From Vicugna vicugna (Eukaryota), in the NCBI GenBank assembly GCA_013265495.1, contig MU061579.1:1207159-1271158 (forward strand): a stretch of 64,000 bases of DNA. Direction: 5' to 3'. How positions within the stretch are numbered: the first letter of the stretch is position 1; every line of letters starts with the position of its first letter. Position numbers and translations under genes: made by a program. A model generated the notes under the pieces. The model saw nothing but the letters and a program-made list of their open reading frames with translations, was not told the origin of the DNA and did not search any database. Positions 14,278 to 27,732 of the stretch are shown in pieces.

Positions 14278-14888
14278 TTCACAAAGTAATTAGACCTGGG
14301 TCTTGTCCAGTGAAATTTACCATTAATGATGAATAAATCTTAGAGTATTACATTCTAAGTTACAAAGCTATTTACTTACAACAGAAAACCTTTCACTACT
14401 GTCATATTTAATCTGAGAAACACAAAGAAATTTATGATGAAGTGACTGCTGCTTTCAACATATTTTATTTATTAGATCATTAGTTATCAGTTTACTGCTA
14501 AGTTTTAAAAGATGTCCCTAAAGTGAAATAAAGGGGAGAATGCCTACCCGTGGATGAGAGACTCTGCTGTTTTGATCTGGTGAGCAGAGATTCAAGTGTA
14601 TGAAAGCAAAAGAGAAGGGTAGGTGTCGGGGGTCGGGGAGAAGGCAGAACTCAGTAATATTTGGCATCACAAGTGTCCCAATGACTACTGATGAGGAGGA
14701 TGGCATGGTGTCTGGGAGGGTAAGAAGGAGTAGGCAATGGGAATAAGCTCAAGAAGTTCAAATTTCGGTTCGTGTGACATTCCAAGTCTAGTTTTCCTCG
14801 AGGACGTTGCATCTAGGTGATTTGTCACATGCTTACTTATTTGTGTTCCAGTTGCCCAGCAAGTGGTACTGGATTACATGCAAACTTG

Positions 14889-16090
14889 TAAATGCTGCTT
14901 TAGTTGCACGTCACAAAATTTTATATATTGGGTTTCACTTTCAGTCTAGAATAATCTCTGATGTTCCTTGAGATTTCTTCTTTGATCCTTAGTTTAGAAA
15001 AGTGTTGTCTCATTTCCAAATATTTGGACATTTTCAGAATTTTTCTTTTGTGTTATTAAATTCTAGCTTAATTCCATTATGGTTTGAGAATATACTTCGA
15101 AAATTTCAACAGTTTGAATATGAGGCTTTGTCTATGCCCCGAATTATGGTCTATCTTGGTGAATGTCCCATGTCACTTTTTAAAAATTGTGTAATCAATA
15201 GTTTTTTCAATATAAATTAGATCCGGTAGTGTTAATGGTGTTATTCAACTCATCTGTATCTTACTGATTATTGGTTCTATCAATTATTGAGCGAGGAGCA
15301 TTGAAATCTACAGTAATGATTTTGGATTTCTGTATTTTTTCTTTCAGTTTTATCAGTATTTTATTTACATTTCTCAAAGTTGTTATATGATGTGCTTTAT
15401 TTTGGATTTTTATATTGTATTCAATAATTGACCTCTTTATCATTAAGAAGCATCCATTGTTATTAGTTGTTTTATTTGATATTTTGAGGTCTACTTATTA
15501 TTAATTTAAGTATTCCAGACCACTTTTGATGACTGTTTTCATGGTATATCTTTTTACATTATTTCTTTTAGGCTTTCAATATCCTTATAATTAAAGTGTG
15601 ATTTTGCAGACAGCATAGATTTGAGTATTTTGATACACTTTTACAGTTTTATCTTAATTAGACTGTTAATGTTTACATTTAACATAACAATAAAGTTGGA
15701 TTTAAAACATACTATATTGTTCTTTGTTTTTTGTTAGTACTATCTGTTCCTTTTATTTATCTTTTTCTGCCTTCTATGGATGAATTGTTTATGATTTTTT
15801 CCTATATTTTTGGTTTCTAGATAAACCTCTATGTTTTAATATTTTAATGGTTGTTTTAAGGTTTACAATAAACTTCATTAAGCATACAGTATGCATTTCA
15901 ATACTAGTATATACTCAGTGTTGAATTCTGTTGTATTTCTTTCAAGAGTTTGTATTTTACTTCTGATGTTCATTTAAGTTATACTTGCAAATTATTCTTA
16001 CACTTTTAAGGTTTGTTTTGTTTTTACATTGTCTTAAAGGTATATCTGAAATAACCTTACTTCAAAATCATTTTTAAATGCTGTATCTTT
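14889..16090 (-). mobile_element. Old L1M fragment (ORF2 endonuclease region and upstream)
   Basis: ORF 15261..15443 gives KLKEKIQKSKIITVDFNAPRSIIDRT, a decayed EN motif (GDFNTPLS..DR). Confidence 0.75.
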
Positions 16091-18289
16091 TCTGATATCT
16101 TTTTAAAATTTCCCACTGTAGGTATAATCTCTCTTCCTTTAAGTTCCCATTGCATTTCATTAAATGGTTTAAAAGATTTAAAAGCTGAAATAAATTATAT
16201 TGATAATTTTATGCAGATAATAAAGCAAGCTGAAAAAGGTGAATTGAAATGGTAAAGAAGGAATCAAATTTATCCCATCTAGTTCCCAGTCTAAAATTCT
16301 ATTTAATTGACTACTTTCCTGGATTTTTAAAAATTGTATCATCTATTTTAGTTATTTACGTGTTCTAAACACTTCCTTTTGTCTGTCATCCTGACACACA
16401 CTTACATGCACAGTCAGTGATTTTTAAGAGCTTTGAGATTATAGATCCTAATACATTTTTCATTGTCTTGCACACACATCTATATCTATACCTTTATATG
16501 TATATCTATATCTATCTGCATCTCTCACTGGAATCAGACACTTATCATCTGGGGCCATTCCTTCAGAGGAAAACAATGCCTGTTAGCTGACCTGAACAAC
16601 TAAATTAAGAAGATGGAGAACTTTAGCAATTATGATTTAGATGATATGTTATAGTAAAAACTGAATTTCATTCCCATTTTACTATTGAATTGAAAACATA
16701 TGTAATTATTGTATATGTATGTGCTTGTACACATACACGTATACAAACTTTTATTTTAAAAAATAGCTTCTAACTTTCTGCCACAGCATGTTTAATTAAG
16801 ATGTTTTCTTAACATGGTAAATTATACATGTTAAATGACTATAATTCTTCAATATCCTTGACTTTGTATCTTGCATATGATTGATCTCATTTTCATAATT
16901 TATTTGCCATTCAATTTTATTTATTTAACTGATTTTTTAATCTCTTGATATTTTCAATTAAATTCCTGAAGTGAGGAATGGAAGATGAAAATTAAAGCAA
17001 TTAACAGTCTCTCAAGATTACAAGAGCCCTTTGCAGTAAAGTGCATGTTGCTTTTCTCAGGATTGTATTCAGTGAGTCATGGAATGTTTCTCTCCTTAGG
17101 GAACTAGCTTTGTCTCTGATTTAAGTGGTTATTAGAGTATCAGGTGAGCATCACTTCATATCTATAGTTCTGTTTTCATTTTATTTCACAGATAGCATGG
17201 TTCATTCTGATACACAACTAACTGAACCCAAACCTGCACCCCCCCTGCAAGGCTTGACTTCACAGGTATTCAGTGCGTAGGGAGAATGTGCAATTCTGTG
17301 TTTTTTAACAATAGAAAGTTTAAGAGGATAAATACCATACTCTATATAATAACCTTCCATGGGAATTCACCTCTTTCTGAAAATTCACTCTTATTTATGC
17401 TTCCAGCTGGACTAATATGTTTTCTCATTCTCAGTGTGCCTTCTTCTCTAAAGCACACTACTCTTCAGGGCACAACATGTTTCTTGCCCTGAATTGGATG
17501 AGAATGGGAAAGACAAGGATGCGGGGAATGAGGCTGTGAACTGAAAGAGACAAAGATTAGTGCTAAGGTCTTTCTAAATCTGAGCTTCCCCTTAAGAATC
17601 CATTCAAGTCACTCTTCAGAGCCTTCTATTTTCTACATTTGATTGTCAGGCATCCAGGCAGAGTGCTTGGAAAGCATTTTTGGACTGATATGCATATTGA
17701 TACCAAAATGTCTCAAATTTATGTGAGCTTCCAAACCACAGAAATGGGAGGTTAGAACATAGAAGCTGCTATAGATTGAATGAAGTAGGTTAAGACTACA
17801 GTACCCTGTGCATGGCCTCCTTTCCTTTAAACCTATTCCTTCTGTTCCCATTCCCCCCTCCAACAACCTTCTGATACTACTGAGACACAGGTGGCTCATG
17901 ACATCAATAGTTCTACACAAATGGGTGAAAATCACTTTTAGCTTCTTCAGAGAGAGTCAACACTACCATCCCTAAACCAAGGCCACAGACGATTAACATA
18001 AAAAAGGGAACAAAGTCAGCATATTCAAGGGTGGGAAATATGGAAGGAAAAATATTACACAATTACTGGGTTTAAGGCTATCAATCTACAACACCACGTG
18101 CTCGTGGCCAAATTTCTTCTTCCTTTTAAAAAGTATATTCTCATTTCTGTCTATGTAAGATATATAGTCAGAAAGTTTGTGGGCTGGTCGGAGATTATAA
18201 CCAATAAATACTATTTGATTTTGTAAGAAAATATCTACCTAAGATGAAAGAGTCAGCATCTGAATGAAAAAAAAAACAAAACGAGTATT

Positions 18290-18740
18290 GATGCCTTTCA
18301 CTCTCCCAGTGAAGATGGTGACTCATACCCAGCATTATCTCAGAAATATTTCCATTTCTCTATAGGCGGCAAAGGGACTAGTGTCTACTTTCAGGAAATA
18401 AATCTGCAATTATGTACGTGTTCTGTGTGACTCAATTACTTGGTCACAGTTAGTTGGCCAAGAATAGACTCAGCTGGGACAGCAGCACTTTTTTTCCATC
18501 AGGGTTGAGTAGTGAGAATAGAATATTTTACTTTGAGAGACTATGTCACACAAAGGTAAACTGGGGGCTCTAGATGGGTCATCTTCTGAATATTGTGTGG
18601 CCTGAGAGGTCAGGGAAACATGTTTGAAGAGAGTAGGATCAATTAAACCATCAGAGAGAAATAACTGAGTTTATGACCACTTGATATACCAATTTTCTGA
18701 AAATCATCTGTGTTCCTTCTCTCCTATGGTCAAAATGAGA
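18290..18740. mobile_element. Possible ancient MaLR/ERVL LTR remnant
   Basis: Weak resemblance only (TGGTCACAGTTAGTTGGCCAAG..ACTCAGCTGGGAC). Confidence 0.3.
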
Positions 18741-19034
18741 TATTCCCAAAAGGATTTCATAATCAACTGCTAATGCACATTTTTAAATTAGCTTTTTTTG
18801 TGTTGTTTATTTCAAGTTAGTTTCTTTTTCATATTCATATCATAAAGTATCACATAAAAAAAAGGATGCACCTTGTCTAGCTATTATTATGTGCTTGTTA
18901 GTGGTACAAATGGTCAAAAAAAGTGTCTGAAAAATAATCCATTGTTTATATAGTTATGTATTTTCCAAGAAGTTTTGCATCTAGTCCAAGATAGAGTCTA
19001 GAGTAACATATTAGAGGTATTTGTCAATGTTGAA

Positions 19035-19210
19035 ATCTAAATTCCTGGGTTTATAGGTAGTTTCTGCAATTCAACATGTGTTTGACCTTAGGAAATTAAT
19101 CTCTGGATACTTGAGAGTAAAGTGGGAAGATAGCCATATCTGCCCCCAGTGGTTTTTAGGAAGATTAAATAAGTAAATAGTTAATATATGTAAAATGTTC
19201 AGAAGTGATA
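19035..19210 (+). mobile_element. MIR SINE fragment
   Basis: CCTGGGTTT..TGTGTTTGACCTTAGGAAATTAATCTCTG..GAAGATTAAATAAG..ATATATGTAAAATG. Confidence 0.6.
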
Positions 19211-22200
19211 GCCTTATAATTTCTATCAGATTAAATCAAAGAGAAAGCCAAGTGGTAGATAAGGAAGACTGTATCAGGTCCTTCTATCTGAGAAAGAAAT
19301 AAAATTACAGCTGTATTAAGGATCTTATTGCTGGTGGCAGCAAAAGGGCAAGTTTTCAACACTCGTGAATCTCATGTTTGCTATAAATTATTAACAGAGT
19401 TTTCAGTCTTACAATTCTACGTTATGTTCAATAACAAAATACTTCCTTGACTTTGTTGACATTAGATGCTTCAGGTATTCTTGGTGGCTGTGATATTCTA
19501 TTCTAATGGCCAGTACAGGTAATAATAATAATTAAGCCTAAAACATTGACTTGCTTCAATTGAAAGTGGCTCCATGTCGTGGTGAATTTTAAAAAGCTAA
19601 ACCTTCTGGAAAAGAGACTGAGTAAATCACTTTACTGGCAGTGTAACTATCCATGTGTAGAACTGAGATTAAAAGTTAGATATGTTATCTCTTGTCACCG
19701 TTGGCAGCTTCAATTCTCACCTCTTCACCTTGTGGGCTGCAGCACGACATTGTTGATAAACAGTTTCCTCGTTTCTGAAGGCTTGATATTGGGATGGCAT
19801 GTCGGTTTCAGTCTTTTCAGAAAGTTAACACTTTGAAGTTTGGCCTCTACATGCTCTCTGAGTGTCACTGTTGTCCACGGCACTTTCAGACACCCCTCTT
19901 CAACTCCTCATCTGTTGATTAACGGTTTAGTTTTCTGCTGTCATTCTTTCACATCGCCCAGTTAAACGAAACTGAATTTTTCTCTTTCTTTTTTTTTTTA
20001 ATGGTATCTTCAATGTGAATGACCTTATTGGTGAGTAGCTTGTCTTGTCATTTTATATTGTATCCTGAAAGAAGTAAGAACTGTTGAAAATTTCTACAAA
20101 TATCCACTCAGATATCTGAAACATGTTCTAAAAGATGTGCAATGAAATGCAATCTTTTTTGAACATTTAGACCACTCTCATCATTCATGCTGTGCTTCAA
20201 ACTTGAAGCTATTGATTACACAAAATTTACACTCCATAATTATTCTATGAATTTTGGATGGTTAAGGGACAGATTTGCAAGAAAAGAAGGAAAGAAGGCA
20301 GGAGGGAAGGAAAGCAGGAAAGAAGGAAGAAAACTTCCGCCATACAAGACAGCACAATCGGAAGTGATCAAACTATGTATCATTCTCAGCACTGTGAGTC
20401 TTCTCACTAGCCTCTTTAGTGAACACTATTTCTCTCTGGGAGTGGTCCTCATGGTAGGACCATCTAGACTCTAAGTTCACTATTTATTACTTAGATGGAA
20501 ACAATTTTAATTGCTTAGGGGCACACACAGGGGAATGTTTTCATGACCAGATCACTTTATAATAGTAAATACAGTGGAGTGGTCTGAATTTTATATAGCA
20601 TTTGAGTATTTCAGTTTAAATTAAGACCTGAAATATATGTTGGGGGCTGATTTATGAGCAATTTTGCATAAATCCAAAATTAATTTGAAATCACAGGTTG
20701 CTTTCTACTATTTCTCATTCATAGTTGAAATCTAACATAGAAAACTTTTCAAAAGATGTAGGTAAAAATAAATGCACTAGTTGAGACAGTATTTATTTGC
20801 ATTCTTCATTTCTGCAAGTGACGTACTGGTACCCTGACTGGAAGACATGTGGCTTCACAGAGAGGTGTTTGAAAACCATGACTTTACTATTTGGAGGCTT
20901 TAAAGTGATTCTGAATAGAACAAGCCTATGGGCAACATTTTATTTTATTATATTTTTATGTTCCCAGCAGAAATGTAGCCAGTGGAACAGGGCAGTGGCT
21001 TTATGCAAGATCAAAGATGGTTTTGACTCCTAAAAGTTGACCAATATTTCTTTTACATGTCTTTCTTTATAGTTAAGGCAGAGAAGTTTATACATAATTT
21101 TCAGAAATGTAAAACGATTTTAATCCCAGCATTTCACAAAGGGCATTTGCCAGAGATCTTAAAAAAATTGAACATAACATAAAAGTGTACCATGACTCAA
21201 TGTTGCTAATTCAACAGAAAATTGAAAAAATGAAATGCCAGCAGGTCTGATGAAACTGGCTGATGTATCAGGCAATAGCTTTATAACCACCACACATGTC
21301 TTTGCAATACCACTATTCCCTTTGTACTACTAGAACCAAAATTTCCAGTTTTATCAGTGTTCCTGGGTGAAAAATAGTGGACCCACACATAAACACAAAT
21401 TGAAATATGTGTTCCATTCAAATACAGAAATAAATCGAGCAATAAACATAAGCCTTGACCTTAAACTTGTGAAGGTTGTTTGAGTAAAGAGAGCATGAGG
21501 GAAACCATATGAAAAAACAGTGGAGGCTGCTTAGTTGTAGAAGCAAAGTTGGAAGGCTATTATCCACAAAAACTGCACGCAAGTGGGGAAGCAATCACGG
21601 GTTTTGTATAAGTTAGTCAGAAATGGAAGCCCTCCTGTTTGTCTTATTCACAGAGGGACAGGCACAACATAAACATTTCCAACAGTGATCACAGAACACA
21701 TCTAGACAAGGTGAAAGTCCTTTGTACCAGCCTTATGTATACATAATATATACTAGATATACTGTGTATGTACTATATATGTACACATTCTGTGTATACT
21801 GTTTAGACAGAAATACATTTCTGTGTGATTACATCGGAAGAGGACTTTATATAGAATCAAGAGAACTGAAAATCCCAACTCTGTCCACCATTTTCAATCT
21901 CTCTAAATCCCCAAATTCCAACAGGAAATTCTTATACACTAAAGAAATGGCCCACTCCACAGAAAATGTTTGGCACTTTACAAAGATGACCATCCCTACT
22001 GTGATACCAAGGTGTTATTTCTAAAACACATTTAGTTTTTGATACATGGGATCTGCAACTATCCACATCAGAGTTGCATGAAACCCATTTTTCAGTCTCT
22101 CAGAAAGCCCTGTTCCTGAGAGGCTGCCAGTGAGCTGTCAATTTCACTATCTCCCCACTGTCATAGGCAATGTTGCATTGCCCACTAAGGAAAACAATCC

Positions 22201-23054
22201 CCAAACGACTAAAATTAATGTTCTCTTTACACTGCTGTCACAAATGAATGGATTTTCAAATAGAAATTATACAAGGAAAATTGCTTTCAGAACAAGACCA
22301 CATTCCGCAAGAAAAATGTCATGCCACTATTTATTTGACCAATGCATAAGCTTCTAGAAAACAGAGTTTATTAGCGAGAACTATGACGGGTCTTTGACAG
22401 ACACTACAGCAAGAACACTGTTAGGAAAATTTTGCTTGGCCAACACAAAGCAATTACTTGTCAGAGAGACTATTGTACATGGAATGACATTCCTCTGTTA
22501 GCCTCATTTTTATGTCTAAATTTTTAGGTATTTTAGTCTTTATTACCAACAGTAAAATATAAATAAGATTGTTAAAGATATTAATTATGCATGTTAGAGT
22601 CCAAAGGTATACACTAATAAACATTCTTCAAAAATAATAACATCTTCCTTGGCTACTTATGTAAAATTGTTTTCTAAATATCAATATTAAAATACATTTA
22701 ATAGGATGACAATTATTGCAATGTTCTTGCACTAGGGAGAATTTTCTATTTCACACATCTTTTTTTTTTTTTTTTCCCCCAGTGAGTAAACAGACAAACT
22801 TATTTTGGTCTTGTCTTCAAGTCTTAGATTGATAGGTTTGTACAAAGGTTATGAAGAGCAGAGGTCAAAGGTAAAGAGTGGGGCAAAAATTTTGAAAACA
22901 TTACTTTTAAACTTTTGAGAGAGTCCACCTCCAACTCTGTTTACAATTAATCATTAGTCCCTTTGGCTAAGCTAGAATTCTCAGGATGAATTTTTATTTA
23001 CCCTCTCATAGGTCTCATATATTTAATCCTATTTTAATGTTTATTTAAAATCCA

Positions 23055-23610
23055 ATATTTGCCAGTCACTGAGTTACATTCTTTAAAAGTTTTATTTCAC
23101 TTTATCCTCACAAGAAACTGATGAGGTAATACCATAGACCGAATGTTTGTGTCTGCTCAGAATTCACATGTTGAAACTTAATCCCTAGTGTGTTTGTATT
23201 TGGAAGTGGGGCATTTGGGATGTGAATAGGGAATGAGGCAGAGCTTTCATGAATGAAATTAGAGTCCTTACAAAAGAAGTCTCAGAGAGTTCTCTTGATC
23301 TTTTTGCCATGTGAGGAAACAGTAAGAACATGGTTGTCCATGAACCAGGAAACAGGCTCTCACCATATATCAGATCTGCTTGTGCCTTGATCTTCAACTC
23401 TTGGCCTCCAGAGCTCTGAGAAATAAATTTATATTAATTATAAGCCATTTCATTTATGGTATTTTATAGCTACAAGTACCAATTAAGACAGGTAAATTCA
23501 TACTATCTCTTACCTATAAGGAAAGCGAGATTTTGAATAATCAAATAACTTGTTTAAGCTCTCACAGTTTATACATGGAAAGGCAGCCTTCATTTAGACT
23601 CCTCTAATTT
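23055..23610 (-). mobile_element. MIR split by an MLT1A insertion
   Basis: TTTATCCTCACAAGAAACTGATGAGGTAA before the LTR. AAGGAAAGCGAG..AAATAACTTGTTTAAGCTCTCACAG after it. Confidence 0.6.
23130..23490 (+). mobile_element. MLT1A-like MaLR solo LTR
   Basis: GAATGTTTGTGTC..AATTCACATGTTGAAAC..GCCTCCAGAGCTCTGAGAAATAAATT..TAAGACA. Perfect 5-bp TSD GGTAA (23125-23129 / 23491-23495). Confidence 0.88.
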
Positions 23611-24263
23611 ACTGCCTCTGATCAGTGATCAGTTCTGATAAAATCAATGGCACACAAGAGAATTCTATTCCTGTTTTGATATTAACAGTATTTGGTATGT
23701 TCATTTTTAAAAAAACATATCGTTTGAAAGAAGTATGTCATATCAACTTTATTTTATTTTGAATTATTTTTTGTGCTTTGAATTTGTTTGCCATTTGAAA
23801 ATTGTTTTCCAAATTCAAGTATACATAATTTTATGATTATACCTTTCTTAAAATTTTCTAGTAGTATTATATAGGAATTACAAAACATTTTGTCCTGTCA
23901 TATGATTTGAAAGGTTTTTTCCAATTAATTTATTTGTTTTTTAATTTTATAGCTTTCAATCTATAGTCATTATTTATATTTAGCAAAACTTAAATGTCAA
24001 GTTTTTCTTCATATTTTCTTCTTTTGCTCTTATAATTGGAAGTTATTGTTTATATATGAAGAGCAGAGATTCTATTTTATTGTTTTCTTACATTTATGTT
24101 TGAAAACATAACTAGTGCTGTTTCTGATCTATAGAATATATTGAGTGCATAAATATGTGTGGACATACTATGGGGGTCATTACAGTTTATTTTCAAATCC
24201 ATGTTTTTCCTTTTATTTGCAAAATACATTGACTATATTCCCTTGTCAACTGGCTACTTACTT

Positions 24264-24468
24264 CAGTGGGGCAAATGGTGCCCCACTGCTTTGTGCCAGT
24301 TTAACTTAGTTCTGTTGGTCAAGGGGTTCTCATGGCAGATCTGAGCCTCAGAGACTCCAGCCTTGGGCACACCAGCCTTGTTGCTCTGCTTTTTTCGCAA
24401 TTTATGGGAGACCGAGGTTGTTCTGCCTCGTATCCCCTCCCAGCCATGGCATGCAGCACTCTGCAGTC
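24264..24468 (-). mobile_element. Short rearranged L1 5' UTR insertion (two permuted pieces plus a junction hairpin)
   Basis: 24289-24358 is the reverse complement of about 25428-25497. 24365-24468 is the reverse complement of 25605-25708. No tail or TSD seen. Confidence 0.9.
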
Positions 24469-25167
24469 AATGTTAGTATATTTATTTCTCTGCTATTTTC
24501 TCTGTTTCTGTGCCTCTTTATTAAGAAAAGTTGTAATTTTTTTTAAATGTTAAGACTATTCCTTTCCCTACTATATATAATAAAGTTTTTGTCAAAGAAT
24601 ATAAAATTTGGAGGACCTCATACTCTGGGTCAGTACTGATGCAATTTTTTTACTCTTCATATTTTTGTTCTTTTGGTTATTGTAATTAATTCCAGGATAC
24701 CATCTTTAACAGATGTCCTTCTGTAGGATTTTAATATTATGGTTAAGAAAGAGAAGATGAAAACTTACTCGTGGTCTTTACAGAGAGAAACTCATCTCTT
24801 CTCAATCTACATTGCTAACAATTACATTTTATCTCTGCTCAAGAATACTTAAAGTGACAGGGACATGATAGGAAACATGCTAGGATGTATTTTAACCAGT
24901 TATCTGTGAGTTAAGTTCACATTTCCTGTCCTTAAACTTAATTTTTCAAATGACATTTTTCCCCATCTAAAATGTAATTATTCATTTAGCCATCTCCTAA
25001 TTGTTCTTAAAAGTGAAGGCTAGGCAAGCATTGAAAAGAAAAAAAAAATCTAAATTATGTGCCAATTTGTAAATTGCAGTTGCAGCATGCTCTGAAGTGG
25101 ATTACACCATTTTATTTTTTACTTCAACAAAACTCTAAAGAGAAACAATTCAAAAAGGCAACTTCTA

Positions 25168-26262
25168 AGCTCACTCTCTCCCACAAATACACCAAAACTC
25201 ACATCTATGGACCCACTCAGCCAATTAGAGCACCTGCCTAACTCTGACAGAACATCACCCTCTTCGAAAGACAAAGACACCAAAAATCTGGTAGGAGAAA
25301 AGGAAAAAAAAAGAAGAAAAAACAAAATAGTGTGGGACCAGTCCCGCAGGGAGAGAGCGGAAAAGGAGGAATAGCGCTCGGTTGCTGGGTCTCCCCTCTC
25401 CTATGGAGAGGCCAGTGGGATGGAGGGGGAGCCTCTGAGGCTCAGATCTGCCATGAGCACCCCTTGACCAACAGAACTAAGTTAAACTGGCACAAAGGAT
25501 CCCCATGACACCCAGCCCAAGATGCAAGCCGGCAGCTGGGGGCCCAGACAGGCCACCTGAGCTCGGCGGAGGACTGGGGCGGCTGCACTGAGGCAGCCCC
25601 AGGGGACTGCAGGATGCTGCATGCCAAGGCTGGGAGGGGATATGAGACAGAACAACCTCGGTTTCCCATAAATTGCGAAAAAAGCAAAGCAACAAGACTG
25701 GTGTGCCCTGGGGGGAGGGGCACCATAGCCTTTGTCTCCTCAGACTCACAGCACCTTTACTAGCACTTCTCAGGAGAAGAGAAGCGGGGCACAGCCACAG
25801 CCGTCATCTCCTCCAGCGCACAGCACGAGGAGAGGGGGCGGGGCCGAGACCTGAATCTGCACACAGGGGCTCCACAACCTCCTAGGCAGGACTGAGACTT
25901 GTCTACAGCCCGAGGCAGATAGGATCTTTCTGCCCTGGCACCTCAGAGAATTCCGGCTGCCAGGACAAACAAGGACCTGAGATTTGGCACAGAGCAGGGG
26001 CAGGGCTGTTCCACACGTCTTCCCCGAGCCCGCCTACAGAGAGCCAACCTGAGGTGGAGCAGGCAGCTGCACAGATCAGCAGAGTGACCAGTGCTGGGAG
26101 AGGGCAGGCGACCGGCCACCCACCTTCCTGGCAGGAATGCAGCACCTGACTACAGTGCTTGGAGGGGGCACGATCCTCCTACCTGCCTCGCCCGAGCACA
26201 GCATCAGGAGGGGGAGTGTCCCACCCACACACTGGCCACAGTGCCAGAGAGATAGGAGCAAT
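25168..26262 (+). promoter_or_regulatory. L1 5' UTR internal promoter region (GC/CpG-enriched)
   Basis: The only long GC-rich stretch in the window, directly upstream of ORF1. Promoter function is established for L1 5' UTRs generally, not shown for this copy. The extreme 5' AAGATGGC (YY1) motif is not present. Confidence 0.6.
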
Positions 26263-27152
26263 ATGAAGAAGCAGAGGAACTACTTCCAATTATAAGATCA
26301 GGAGAAACCCCCTGAAACCACGATCAAGGATATAGACATTGATGGCCTACTAGATCAAGATTTCAAAAAAGGAGTGATCAAAGTACTGAAGGAACTAAAA
26401 GAAATACTGTTTAGAGATATAAAATATGTCAAATATGAAATAGGAGCTATAAAGAAGAACAAAGTAGAATTAGTAAACTCATTGGCTGAGATGACAGCTG
26501 GCCTAAAGGCTATACAAAGCAGGCTAGATAATGCAGAGGAACAAATAAGTGACTTAGAAGACAGGACAACAGAAAGCACCCAATCACAACAGCTGAGAGA
26601 AAAACAAATTAAAAACAATGAAAACAAGATAAGGGACCTATGGGATAATATAAAGCATGCCAATCTATGCATAATAGGGCCCCAGAAGGGGAAGAAAGAA
26701 CAAAGGGGATTGAAAAACTATTGGAAGAAATCAAGACTGAAAACTTCCCAAACCTAAAAGAATCAGATATCCAAGTACAGGAGGCTCAGAGAGTCCCAAA
26801 CAGGAAGAACCCAAACAGACCCACACCAAGACATATCAGAATCAAGATGGCCAGAGGCAAGGATAAAGGAATGATACTAAAGGCAGCAGGAGAAAAACAA
26901 AGAATGAGTTGCAAGGGAACCCCCAAAAGGCTTTCAGCTGATTTCTCTATACAAACACTACAGGCCAGAAGGGAGTGGCAAGATATATTCAAAGTCCTGA
27001 ATGAAAAAAAGATGCAGCCTAGGATATTCTATCCAGCAAGGCTATCTTTTAGAATAGAAGGAGAGATAAAGAACTTCACAGACAAGCAAAAGCTAAAAGA
27101 GTCTAGCAACACTAAACCCATGGTAAAAGAAACGTTGACAGGTCTACTCTAA
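26263..27152 (+). pseudogene. L1 ORF1p (coiled coil, RRM, CTD), disrupted
   Basis: ATG at 26263 (MKKQRNYFQL*), premature TAA at 26293-26295, frameshift near 26680. Motifs SRLDNAEEQISDLEDR, RDLWDNIKHANLCIIG, RPTPRHI, RLSADFS..LQARREW, YPARLSF. Confidence 0.95.
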
Positions 27153-27658
27153 ATAGAAAAGAAGCAAGATGCTACAAAAATGAGAAACTCATAACTGGAA
27201 AGGTGAAAACCACCATGAATTACAAATAGAATAAACACAAAATTGTAAAAGAAGACATCTAAATCATTAAGAATGGGAGAGGGAAGCAAGGAAAGCCACT
27301 GTAGAAAACAGTATGGAGATTCCTCAAATGCCTAGGTATAGACTTACCATATGACCCAGGAATCCTGCTCCTGGGCATATATCCAGAAGGAACCCTACTT
27401 CAGGATGACACCTGCACACCAGTGTTCTTAGCAACACTATTTACAATAGCCAAGACATGGAAACAGCCTAAATGTCCATCAACAGATGACTGGATAAAGC
27501 AGAGGTGGTATATTTATACAATGGAATACTATTCAGCCACAAAAACCGACAACATAATGCCATTTGCAGCAACATGGATGTCTTAGAGAATGTTCTAAGT
27601 GAAGTAAGCCAGAAAGAGAAAGAAAAATACCATATGAGATCACTCATATGAGGAATCT

Positions 27659-27662
27659 AAAA

Positions 27663-27705
<43 letters not shown>

Positions 27706-27732
27706 GTACATACATACATACATACATATATA
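27659..27732. repeat. (TAAA)n(TACA)n compound microsatellite in L1 3' UTR
   Basis: Seen directly in the sequence. Confidence 0.95.

Noticed and set aside
19716..19915. Possible minus-strand exon (AG|GTGAGA donor at ~19720, CpG-retaining, ~55 open codons)
   Set aside because: No convincing polypyrimidine acceptor, the long frame stops just before the donor, and the peptide is unrecognisable. A non-coding exon cannot be excluded.
25442..26261. Antisense ORFs in the L1 5' UTR as an ORF0 analogue
   Set aside because: GC-rich DNA gives long open frames by chance. There is no conservation evidence, and several lack a true ATG start.
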